NCBI RefSeq assembly: GCF_004010195.1
Contig: NW_025214117.1
Coordinates: 1 to 39,254 of the forward strand
DNA from: Chiloscyllium plagiosum
Taxonomy: Eukaryota
Direction of reading: 5' to 3'
Length of the DNA stretch: 39,254 nt
The notes below the pieces were generated by a model that worked only from the letters and a program-made list of their open reading frames with translations, was not told the origin of the DNA and made no database searches. A program made the translations under genes and the position numbers. Below are positions 24,170 through 34,900 of the stretch, piece by piece (position 1 is the stretch's first letter; each line of letters opens with the position of its first letter).

Positions 24170-24485
24170 TATGACCAGTATTTTTTGGGTTGTTTTTTGA
24201 GACACATATTGGCCGGGATAACTCCCCCCCCACCCCACTGTTGTTTGAAATAATGCTATATGGAATCTTTTACATCAGTCCATATGGGACCCATGTTTAA
24301 CATCTAATCTGAAAAATGCAACTTCCACAGAGCAGAGCTTCCTTAATGCAATCATGTGTCAGTTTTGAATTTTTTTAGTACCCAAATCCAAAGACTTGAA
24401 TTCAAAATGCCTGTGTGTGTGCACCCATGTATGTCTCTGTGTGTGTGCACGTATGTGGTGTAAGAGGGTATTAGCAACTGAACCA
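24170..24485 (-). mobile_element. Old Deu-domain SINE (SacSINE1/AmnSINE-like) with a (TG)n-like expansion near its head
   Basis: ATCTTTTACATC...GTTTAACATCTAATCTGAAA...GACTTGAA resembles the reverse complement of the DeuSINE body and B box; the same family is seen at 31460-31827. Confidence 0.55.
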
Positions 24486-24894
24486 GCTAATACAGAGATT
24501 GAGATGTGGCCTTAGCCAAATAAATAACCTTAACTATTTGCCTACACTAATCTATTTAACAAAATAAAAGGCAGCTAAAGTACACTATTCAGCTGCAACA
24601 CACGAGGGGAGGGGGATTCCAAAACTGTCACAACCTCAAAAGATCAGACAGTCAAGCTAAATGGAAATAATGTGGTCATTTCTGAAAACTGGCCATACAC
24701 TTTTAAAGAGATGCAAGGCAGCTCAAGCATAAGGTGGAAATTATGAGAACTCTCAAGTTGGAAATGCTGGTGAATATGTGTAGCGTAATTGAATGGTGTT
24801 TGGAGTGGAGGTGTCGGGGGGAGAAAAGAGATGGAGAACTGATACTGATCAATGTTGATAGGTTTTAATATGTTGTACTGCTCAATATGCTCAA

Positions 24895-25085
24895 GAATGT
24901 CAGCAGGTCTGGCAACATCTGTGGAGAGAAATCAGAGTTGACGTTTCAGGTGCAGTTTTGAAAAAGGGTCACTGGACCCAAAACATTAACTTTGATTTTT
25001 CTCCACAGATGCTACCAGACCTGCTGAGATTTTTCAGCTATTTCTTTTCGTTACAGACTTCCAGCACCTGCAGATTTTTTGTTTA
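24895..25085. mobile_element. Palindromic Penelope-type/hammerhead-associated repeat
   Basis: Inverted arms 24901-24950 and 24977-25026 (CAGCAGGTCTGG..CATCTGTGGAGA / TCTCCACAGATG..CCAGACCTGCTG); centre GGGTC-ACTG-GACCC stem with a decayed hammerhead core. Confidence 0.65.
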
Positions 25086-25408
25086 AGTTTTTGTCTTTTT
25101 GTAAATGAACTGATCACCTAATGTTGTGTGCATAGTCCTGTCACAGATGCTGTTCACTACAATATGTTATAGATGACTTGTGTTACAAAACAGCAACATA
25201 TTTTTCCAATCATAAACGTGACCTGGGTGCTGATGAATTACACATTTACCTGTGATAATTACAACAATTAACACAGCCGAGTGAAAGTTCACAGAATTCA
25301 GGCACTTGTGTTTTACCAACTGACAGAAGATGCATCAGTGATATCCTGCATGATTTTTGCACTCATGCCATCACTGAACAGATCATTACAAAGTCTTTCC
25401 ACAACATA

Positions 25409-25614
25409 TCTTGGAGATGCCAGTGTTGGACTGGGGTGGAAAAAGTTAAAAATCTCAACACCAGCTTATAGTCCAACCCATTTATTTGGAAGTACTAGCT
25501 TTCAGAGCACTGCTCCTGCATCTCCTCAACCACCTGATGAAGGAGCGGCGCTCCGAAAGCTAGCCCTTCCAAATAAACCTGTTGGACTATAACCTGGTGT
25601 TGTGTGATTAACTT
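25409..25614 (+). mobile_element. Palindromic Penelope-type element with a minimal hammerhead core and 13-bp target-site duplication
   Basis: TSD TTTCCACAACATA at 25396-25408 and 25615-25627; ~80-bp inverted arms; CTGATGA (25534-40)-A-GGAGC-GGC-GCTCC-GAAA (25555-58)-GC-TA. Confidence 0.8.
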
Positions 25615-26242
25615 TTTCCACAACATAATTCTTCAAAAAGTACTTAGAAATTGTCATTAAGCCCCTAACCAAACACATAGCTCCCAATGTGATAATCACA
25701 CCCAGGTAACTGAGACAATAAATGTGTTCATTTGAAATGTGAGCCAGAGCATGGAAATTATTCTAATGTTAACCTTAATGTGAAAAATTGGTGAAAAAGC
25801 ACACAATTCTTTTTTGTTTCTGTTACAAGTAACAGAAGTACTCAAAAATCCCTGTTATGTGAAGATACTGTACATACATTCTGAAACTATCCTACAATGA
25901 ACTGCAGAGGCAAATGGTATTATAAGCAAAACTTTGAAGATTTGGAATAACCCAGAAAAGAGGTAACACAAGGATCCCCAGACAGGAGACAGGACCCCAT
26001 TAAATACCATGCTATGAATATAAATTGTGCCCATGTCACTTTTGAACAAAACATGGTTAAAAACCCTGCAAACTAAGCTGTGATTCAGTTGAAGACTAAA
26101 ATGGACTAATGATTGTTATCTGCACTAGTGGATGGCAGTGTAAGAAAATATGAAAAATGCTAAGCAGAGGACACAGCAGATTCAAATAAGCTTAGCTGAC
26201 CCTGCTCCATGGCATACAGGAAAGCTGCATCAATGACAATAA

Positions 26243-27095
26243 TTGATCAGATGGACCAATGGACCAGAGAATGGCAGATGGAGTTTAATTCAGATTAATG
26301 TATGACGTTGCATTATAGTAAGGCAAACCAAAGCAAGACTTCTACAGTTAGCAGGAGAGCACTGGGGAATGTTGCCAAACAAAGACCGAGAGATGCAGGT
26401 GCATAGCTCCTTGAAAGTGGAGTCGCAGGTAGACAGGGTAGTGAAGGTAGTGTTTGGCCCACTGATCATAACATTGAGGATAGGGAGGTGATGTTGCAGC
26501 ATTACAGGACATTGGTGAGGCCACTTTTGGAATACTGTGTACAATTCTGTTTACCTTTCCATAGGAAGGATGTTGATAAACTTGAGCGTGCAGAAAGGAA
26601 TTACAAAGGATGCAGCTAGAGTTGGAAAGTTTGAAATATAGGGAGGGGCTGAAATGCCTGGGTCTGTTTTCCCTGGAGCACAGGCTCAGGGGTGACCTAA
26701 TAGAAGTTTATAAAATCATGGGGGGGCATGGATAGGGTGAATAGCCCTGGCCTTTTCCCGGTGGTGGTGATGATTGGGGGAAAGAGTCCAAAACAAAAGG
26801 GCATACAGCATGAGGGAGCAAAAGGTTTAAAAAGGACTGATGGGTAGCTTTTTCATGCAGCAGGTGGTCAGTAAACTGTATATGGAATGAGCGGTCAAAA
26901 GGAACTGGCAGAGGCAGAGACAATCACAACGTTTAAAAGGAACCTGGATGGGTATATAAAACTGGAAGAGTTTAGATGGTTATGGGCAAAATGCTGGCAC
27001 ATGGAATTACATTTGATTGAGATATCTGATCGGTGCACATGAGTTGGACTGAAGGGTCTGTTTCCATGCTGTATTACTCTGACTCTACTGCTCTA
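26243..27095 (+). mobile_element. Diverged CR1 LINE 3' ~850 bp
   Basis: TGGCAGATGGAGTTTAAT (WQMEFN), TTGGTGAGGCCACTTTTGGAATACTGTGTACAATTC (LVRPLLEYCVQF), 3' UTR GAAGGGTCTGTTTCCATGCTGT. Confidence 0.88.
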
Positions 27096-27284
27096 ACTGA
27101 CTTTAAAAATGATGCCTAATTTGAATGATGTGATAATTAAAGCAGTAGGTTCTACACAGGCGGATTCCAAAGTGGAAATATAAAGAACAGCCAGCAGTGG
27201 CTTGCATTTATCATGAAGCAAAAAGGATTTGGACATGGTCAAATATATGTTTTCTGAATAACATCCACATCCTACAATAATATT

Positions 27285-28260
27285 TTTATAAAACCTTTAA
27301 AAATAATGCAATATCACAAGACACTTCACAGAAGCATTACAAAACAAAAACTGAGCAACAAGGATTTCATCAGACAACCAAAAACTTGGTCAAAGGAATA
27401 GATAAAATGTGGAAAGTTAGATTGAGATGTTCAGACATGAATTTCAAAACTAATGTCCGAGGCATTGAAATGATGGAGTGATTAAAAAAAAAGTCAGGAA
27501 CACACAGATCTCAGACTGTTATTAGGAGATGGATGGAGTCAGTACCTAGGATTTGGAATTGGAATGGGAACTTTAAATGATGAGGTCTTCAAACAAAAAA
27601 GGTCAGCATTGTTGACCGCAAGATTTTCCAAACGGTTCAATTAGACTTTGAAATTTCAAATAAAATTTTGAAAATAATACAGATATATCCAGTTCAAATG
27701 GAGGAAACTTCTGCTCATCTAGTATTGAATGTCTGATGAGCAGTCTGGTAACTTAGCATCAGTGGAGACATTGAGAAGCTGTAATGGGTCACCATGTGGT
27801 CATTTACCCTATGCTTTAGGATGTTCCCAAGGGAGCCCATGGTGATGAGAAACTAAAAAGTGGCAATGAAAAAAAAGAGACCCCTGAGAACACCAGAGTT
27901 TATGTTCCACAGGGATTCTGTGGTTATGATTAAACTGAAAAGAATGGAACCAGATGAGAAAATGTCTCATTCAGCTGGATGACTGTGAAGAAAGGTTGCA
28001 GGAGGATTTTAGTTGGCTCTCTCAAACGATCCAGAGAGGCAATCTTTAACACAGTCAAATAGAATGCCATTTGTAACTTCAATAAGAGTCATTTTGAAAC
28101 TGTGACAGGGAGAAAACCCGACTGATAAGATTCAGTACAGAGTTCTGGGAAAGATGGCCAGCAACATGGTCAAAAGACTTGGGAGGGGAAGAGAGATTGG
28201 TGATTGAGTATTGGTTTGCAAGATCACTGAAGTTGATTCATCTTTTTGGAGAAGGGATCC
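27285..28260 (-). mobile_element. Ancient L2-like LINE fragments
   Basis: ACCAAAAACTTGGTCAAAG and downstream purine-rich blocks resemble the reverse complement of L2 3' ends; decayed GVxQGS motif at ~27878-27895. Confidence 0.5.
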
Positions 28261-29714
28261 TGGCTACACTTCCGATTTGCAAGTTGAAGTTCAACGCCTA
28301 AAGCTATACAAATCCTGAGTGTAAAAATAATTCCTATTTTCACCACAGGTGGCGTGATGGAAGATTATCTGGCACAGCTGGGCTAGAAAGAACCTAACCA
28401 TGCTGTGCATTATGAAGGGAAGCCGAGGCCTTCAACAGCTTTCCCAACAAGATGTAAACCATATGAAAACACAGGGGAGGCCAGAAAAAGGGACAGCATT
28501 AAAGACTGAAATAGAACTATGATCTGTGGAGTGCAACATCATAAATGAAAAGTTATTTGGCTCTGATCTTGCTAAATGAAATCAAAATGAATTTCACATT
28601 AAAAAACGTTCCACTGCATTCCCCTCACCCCCTCCCAGTATTGAAGGCAGGTTTAGGTAATTACTAATGAAGTGTCTAAATAGTAGCTCACAATCCTAAA
28701 AGTAGACAAGACAGTCTGATTTACAGTACAATACTGTACTGAATTCTGTATTCCCAAATAGTGCATGTTACATTACTTTCAAAAAAGACACATCATTGCT
28801 TTTAAAAAAAAACAGACTATGTTACACATTGAGACAACACAAGTTTATGAATTTTTTTTCAAGCATAAGTAGAGCTTTGCAGATATCACAGAATGTCATT
28901 TATGGTTTTATCATAAGCCAAGTGAATAAGCACAATCCAAAATAAAATAAAGCTGAAATGGCAAGTTCCAATCAGAACCCAATGTTCCAACACTATTTCA
29001 TTATGATCGCAAAATTAAAAAAAAAAAGACAAAGGCTCGAAAATACACAGATGCATTCAGCAAAGGGACCAATTTTAAACTGCGTAAGTGAATAAAGTTT
29101 TGAGAGAATAAATTCTCACCCAACATGTCAGTTGAGGATGTTGTTTTTATTTTTAAGTCAAACTGTCCTCTTCTCAGCTGACACAAGAACATGGTCTGTC
29201 AGCCAGATCTTCAAAATCTTGCTTTCCTTCTTAAAAGGATTTCTCCCCACCCCCACAATGATGGAAACCCATGTGGTAAAATTTAATAGACACAATGGCA
29301 GCAGTAACAGGAAGAACTAACTGTGGACTGAAGTTTGAAATTCAGCACTAAAATACAACATATCAAAAAATTAAAGACAGACTTTTCAGGATTAGTGATT
29401 AAAAGATATTCTGAAGGTTTAACAAAAATTTTAACTGATTTCAAAAACAATGTAAATGAATTGAAACTCAATAGAATTTGTGCCTTATAACTCTGTAACC
29501 CATTCTCAACTACCTGTTATCCTCAATGCAAATTCAAGACAATTTCTGTCATTAAAGATGCAGCCACAATATTTCCTCAACAATCCCAGTGTTATCCATT
29601 GAAATTGACAAAGCTTAAGAAAAATTTTTCACCACACTAGCAGCTTAAACAAAAATCTATCCAAGGTTAGTCCCATACTTTGCTTTGAATGGAGGATGAT
29701 TGTCAAAGACTAAG

Positions 29715-29900
29715 AATTTGCATTTACACAGGTAGAAAATCACAAAGCATTCTACAATCAATGAATTATACAGTCAACATGGTCAGCCAATTTTAAAGAG
29801 TAAGATCCCATAAACAGAAACTTAAATAATACATGCTTTGGTCAGGTTAGCAAAGGAGAAATATTGGTCAACACACCCAGAAAAGCCTCTCCTCTTCAAG
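29715..29900 (-). mobile_element. Decayed DeuSINE/L2-type 3' tail fragment
   Basis: TTGCATTTA..., CAGCCAATTT, AAGATCCCATAAACAG, AAATATTGGTCA motifs in the order expected for the reverse-complemented SINE tail. Confidence 0.4.
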
Positions 29901-30473
29901 CAGATTGATTGAACAGGCAGGCAGGGCTTGAATCAATTTCTAACCCAATAGACACACTGCACTGACATGTCAATTTGGGTTGTTTCCTCAAGTCTTGAAT
30001 AAGGATCAAGTCCACAATATTCAAAACAGTACAGGAAGAAAGGCAGGGATCTAAGTTTCTGTGCCAAAATAATCCAATAAACATACTGATTTAGGTTGGA
30101 GTATAGAGATAATGAAATGTCACATGCTCCATTTAAAAAAAACGGAAGCATCAGAACTTATTGGATGAAAAGAGGTTAATGGAAATCACATTGTTGTGCT
30201 TAATTCATTATATCTCATGTTCAGGCAGCAAATTAGCAATTGTTATCTTAAGTAGCAAGTGTGTCAAATTAATTAATGCTGCATCACTGTCTCAACCAAT
30301 GGTGGTCAGCCAAAGTAACTGCTTTGAGCCACTAAACAAATTAAAATCAACACTCACTGCTGAGAAAGCATTCTTTGCAATGGTTCAATTTTTGTAAGAT
30401 TGCTTCATTGGCCAGTTACTCTCTCAATTAGCAGCAGTCTCATCACAGAATCAGAAAATTGTGGTCTCAAGTC

Positions 30474-31459
30474 AGAGTCATTCAGCATGGAAACAGACCC
30501 TCTCCCCCCCCCCTTCACTGTTTTGATCACACAGCATTGCCCTTCGATGTGAAGGGCACTGCTTGTCACTGGCCACCCGGGTGTTTTCCTATCTTCCTGG
30601 TGGTGGAAATTGAATAAAAGATTCTGCACTTTGTGTCTTTCACTTTCACTGTGTCTCACACCGTTTCACTGCGTGCTGGGGAAAAAATAAGCACTACTGC
30701 ACTTAGGTGGTAGTGTGGGGGTTAAATTTTTAAAAAAACAAAAAAAAGAAGAAAAAAAAAGAAAAAAATGGAAACAGACCCTTCAGTCCAACTCATCTAT
30801 GTTAACCAGACATCCCAATCTGTCCTAGTCCCATTTGACAGCATTCGGACCATACCCCTCTAAACCTTTCCTAATCATGCTTTTTAAGTGCTGTAATTTT
30901 TCTGCCTTTCTCTGGCAGCTCATTCTGTTCATCCACCATCCTCTATGAAAAAGTTACTCCTCAGGCACAATGTCAAAAGTCGAAAGAACCTGTACTATTC
31001 AGCCTCTCCCTATAACTCAAACCCTCCAGTCCTGAAAACATTCTTGTAAATCTTTGCTGCAGCCTCTAATGTTTATTGACATCTTTCCTGTAGAAGAACA
31101 ACCAGAATTGTACATAGTATTCTAAAAGCAGTTTCATCAATGTCCAACTGCAACATGGCATACGCAATGTTATGACTGACAAACGAAAGCATGCTAAATG
31201 TCTTTTTCACCACCCTGTATACCTGTGACTCCAATTTCAAGGAACGTGCGCGTGCATCCCTCGGTTCCTTTGTTCAATGCCACTCCCCAAGGCCCTACCA
31301 TTAATTGCTCAAGTCCTGCCCTGGTTTGCCTTTCCAAATGCAACATCCCACATTTATCAGAATTAAACTCCATCTGTCACTCTTTGGCCCAACTAATCAA
31401 AATTCCATTGTACTTGAAAATAATTTTCTTCACTGTCCACTACACCACCTATTTTGGTG
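30474..31459 (-). mobile_element. CR1 LINE 3' fragment, itself interrupted at 30502-30767
   Basis: AGAGTCA..CAGCATGGAAACAGACCCTTC 3' end, and sequence collinear (with a deletion) with 7882-8765. Confidence 0.85.
30502..30767 (+). mobile_element. Poly(A)-tailed retrotransposon 3' end (L1/Tx1-like insertion signature)
   Basis: 15-bp TSD ATGGAAACAGACCCT (30487-30501 / 30768-30782), A-rich tail 30732-30767, AATAAA at 30613-18. Confidence 0.8.
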
Positions 31460-31845
31460 CCTACTGCAGAGACATGAGCATGTAATTTAGGCTGCCACTA
31501 CAAAATAGTTCCAAGAGCTGCTGCACTCTTGGATGTGCCAGAATTCAGATGAGAGGTTAAATCATGGCCATGTCCAATGTTGGTGCAACAGATACCATAA
31601 TGTTATTTTAAAGATAAACAGGGGAGTTATAGAAGTATCCTGGCCAAAATGTATCCAATCGACATTAAAACAGGTTATCTATTCATTGTGCTCTACACAA
31701 AAGGAATACTGCATGTCCAACATTATAACAGTGATTACATTTTGATAGTACTTCATTTACTTGCATTGTCTGGAGACACTTTGGATGTATCAAGGTGACG
31801 AGAGGGACTAAAGATGTTTCTTCTTTCTAACTAGACTGATTCTTT

Positions 31846-31910
31846 ATCACAGAATTATTCAAGTGCAGAAGGAGGCCATTCAGCCCATCATACCTGCACC
31901 AGCTCTTCAA
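31846..31910 (-). mobile_element. Short CR1-type 3' tail remnant
   Basis: ATCACAGAATT..AGTGCAGAAGGAGGCCATTCAGCCCATC resembles a reverse-complemented CR1 3' hairpin and tail. Confidence 0.5.
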
Positions 31911-34900
31911 ACATGCACAATTTTTATACCTCAATAGTTAGTCAATCTTCTATTCAGGGGCCAAACATTCTATTTCTGTTCCTATTTCACATAATCATCT
32001 TCAAACCACACTTCATATAGGGTGGATTAGGAAGCTTTTCACTTCTGCTCTCATGAGTAATCATGTGGTATAAATACACAAATAGAAAACCATTACACCT
32101 TCACCCAAAATCTAAACTTGCACACGTTTTAAACAGCTATCCGAGTATAATCGGAAATGGGAAACCTAAACAAAGTGTTAGGGCCAATTGTAACACCTCA
32201 CTGCACCCAGGCTGTGATTAAATAAAAAGTGAAGTCTGGTGATCCACTCTGAAAATATCTTGACTACACTACTCACTTCCACGCTATTTAATTTTTAAAC
32301 ACTGTGCATCAGGATAGTTTAAAAAAGTACATTTTATTCTGAAGTAACTGTCCATCTGAAGAGCAGCAAATTAAAACAAATTGACACAGCATGCATGGGA
32401 AGACAAATGCAGAAGATGAGCATGTCCATCAATAAAAGAGAGAGCACGCACGCGCGAGATTGAGAAGAACTACAATTGGAGGTGGAGTGAAGTGCCTTGT
32501 ACTCTTGATGACTTTGCATTAAAACAGCCACTGTGATACAAGCCCTCAAAAGGGCTTCTAATCGGTATCCCACATTTAAAAACATAAATTAAAGGTTTTT
32601 CTTTTTCTGTTTAATGGTGTTTGTAGAGAAGGGCAGCTCTTGCATATTCTTTACTGTTCGACCAGAAGATAATTCATAGTGCAAAGATTATTTCAGACCT
32701 AGCAGACTAGACCTTACTAGTTCCAATTTCCAAATCATAGATTACCAATCAATTTAATTTGGCTGGTTAAATATGCTGCAGAGACATCATCTTGTCCCTC
32801 AGGAATATAAATGCAAGTTTTCCATTGTGTACCAACAAAGTGTTGCAGCATTTCTTTAGAATACTCTTGCTAGTTTGCAGTATGCATTACAGTAATCATG
32901 CAAGAGGTGTTGTATTGGGTCCACACAAGCAGATTTTTTTTTAAAAAGGCACCTAAAGCACAATAAACATTATTTATTCTTTCACTTTTGAGTTCTGTTT
33001 TTGGAGGGCATCTTAAATTATAATTAACACTAGTTGATTGCAGACTGTGACTAGTAACTGACTAACTGAGTGATTATGAATTTAAGAATGCTACACAGGA
33101 ATTAAATGCTGTTTTGGTGAAATATTGGAGCATATTGGATTGAATTGTAATTTCTAAACTATCCAAATATTGCTATGGGTAAAGGAAATGAGCTCAGCTA
33201 TAATCCCATATTGCTCAATAATTTTTTTCATCTGTATTATTTGAGTGTTGTACAGACAATTAGAACACATTTGTTCTGAAAGTCAGTTCTGCAAAGAAAC
33301 AGGCTCTTGATATCACACATTTTCTTAACATTATTGATGGAAAAATGAACTCTTATTCCTTAGAATGATATTGCAATTTATATGCATTTAAAACTAAGAC
33401 AAGAAAAACAGGAAAATCCTAATTTCACTGCCTGCTGTAACCTCTATCTTTGGGTTAATATTTGGTAGCTGGTCCTAATTGCTGCTTCCCTTTTCTATTT
33501 CCTCCATTCCATTTCAGCTGCAGTTTAGGATTTTTTTTTAAAAAGCATTGCTTTGTGTCTTTGCTCCTCCATTTTCATCTTAATCCTTGACCTTACTGTC
33601 CATTTGTCTCAACAATATCTTGTCACAATAACAGGTATACAAAGCCTTAGCTTGAAATGTGCCTTGCCAGACAAGTGTGCACTCAGATGCAAAGGCTTTC
33701 TTACTGAAGTTTATTGCTTTAGCGTCTCATCAAATATCATAGAAATCTCAAAAGATCTAATCTACCAGCCTTGCAGTTCGATAAACCCACTGAACATGCT
33801 AGCTGCAAGCTTCAGACTACATATATATGGAACCCCAAATGACACTGACATATTGCTTAAGATATAATACAAAGTAGGAGTACAAAATAGCTACTTCAAT
33901 TGGTTAACAAAAGAGTTATCACTGATTGCTAGCTGCCACCTGTGCACAAAAATTAAGACCATCAAAACAAAAAAAACTCCCATTTAAAGTACAACATACA
34001 AAATCTTCATATTCAGTGCTTAAACATATGAAAATCCTATGAACAACAAAGCGTGTTCCTAAGCTGAGCACAAAGTATTCCAGCTGCACTTATTCTACAA
34101 GAATCATTACTGCAGATGAGAAAACATAGACCAAAGTAGTATTTACAAAGCACAGCTAAAAGTCAGTATCATTCAGCTGTAGATAAGAACCTCGAATTGT
34201 GACAGGAATTAACAACTACAAACTTCACCACAATCTATGATTCAAACACACCAGATGCAGGTGCAAAAAGTTAAATCCACAGCCAAGCTGTACAGTAAAA
34301 AACCATATGCCCTGTTACAAACATATGAACTTGCAAGCCAACACTGGTTGCATTATTATTTTGTATTTCCAGTATGTACGTTACAGGAGGATCTGCATAT
34401 CAATGGTTTGCAAAGTATAAATGCTGATTTACAGTGTGTTACACATCCTTTACATTGATTCTATGCTACCAGAGTATGGTTACTCTACTTAAAATAATTG
34501 AATCTTTTTTACAGATGGTCCAAGCATCACATCAATAAAATTGTGCAACCTTCCAACAGTAGAGTTAATTATATTTATAACACAACTTAATTTCTTAAGT
34601 ACTTTTAATTAGCAAAAAGCATTTTGCAATTGTCTCCCCACCACCAACCCCATCCCCGGTGCATACATGTGTCAAACATTCACAACTGACTACAGTTTGG
34701 AGTAAATAACTATTTGCATTTGTATTGCAACTGTCACATCCCGAAAGAGCTCACAAGACAAACACCACACAAAAAAAATAATAAATCAGGAATGTCAGGT
34801 AAATGTTTATACAGAATTATACATATACTTTTTTTTAATTTTGCTTTTGTGTGCAAGATTCTAGTCCATAAATGAAAATATTACCCAGTTGGTTCCTTAA

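Larger units (their letters stand above)
30425..31827 (+). mobile_element. DeuSINE split in two (head ~30425-30473, body and tail ~31460-31827)
   Basis: tRNA-like head ..TCAGAAAATTGTGGTCTCAAGTC resumes as CTACTGCAGAGACATGAGCATGTAATTTAGGCTG..TCAGATGAGAGGTTAAA..CAGGGGAGTT..TCCTGGCCAA after the CR1 insertion. Confidence 0.6.

Noticed and set aside
28341..28356. CTCF-like CACCACAGGTGGCG
   Set aside because: The 5' half deviates from the core consensus; a single weak match.
32591..32610. AAGGTTTTTCTTTT resembling the first U-rich tract of the MALAT1 triple helix
   Set aside because: No second U-rich tract, A-rich tract or tRNA-like element follows.
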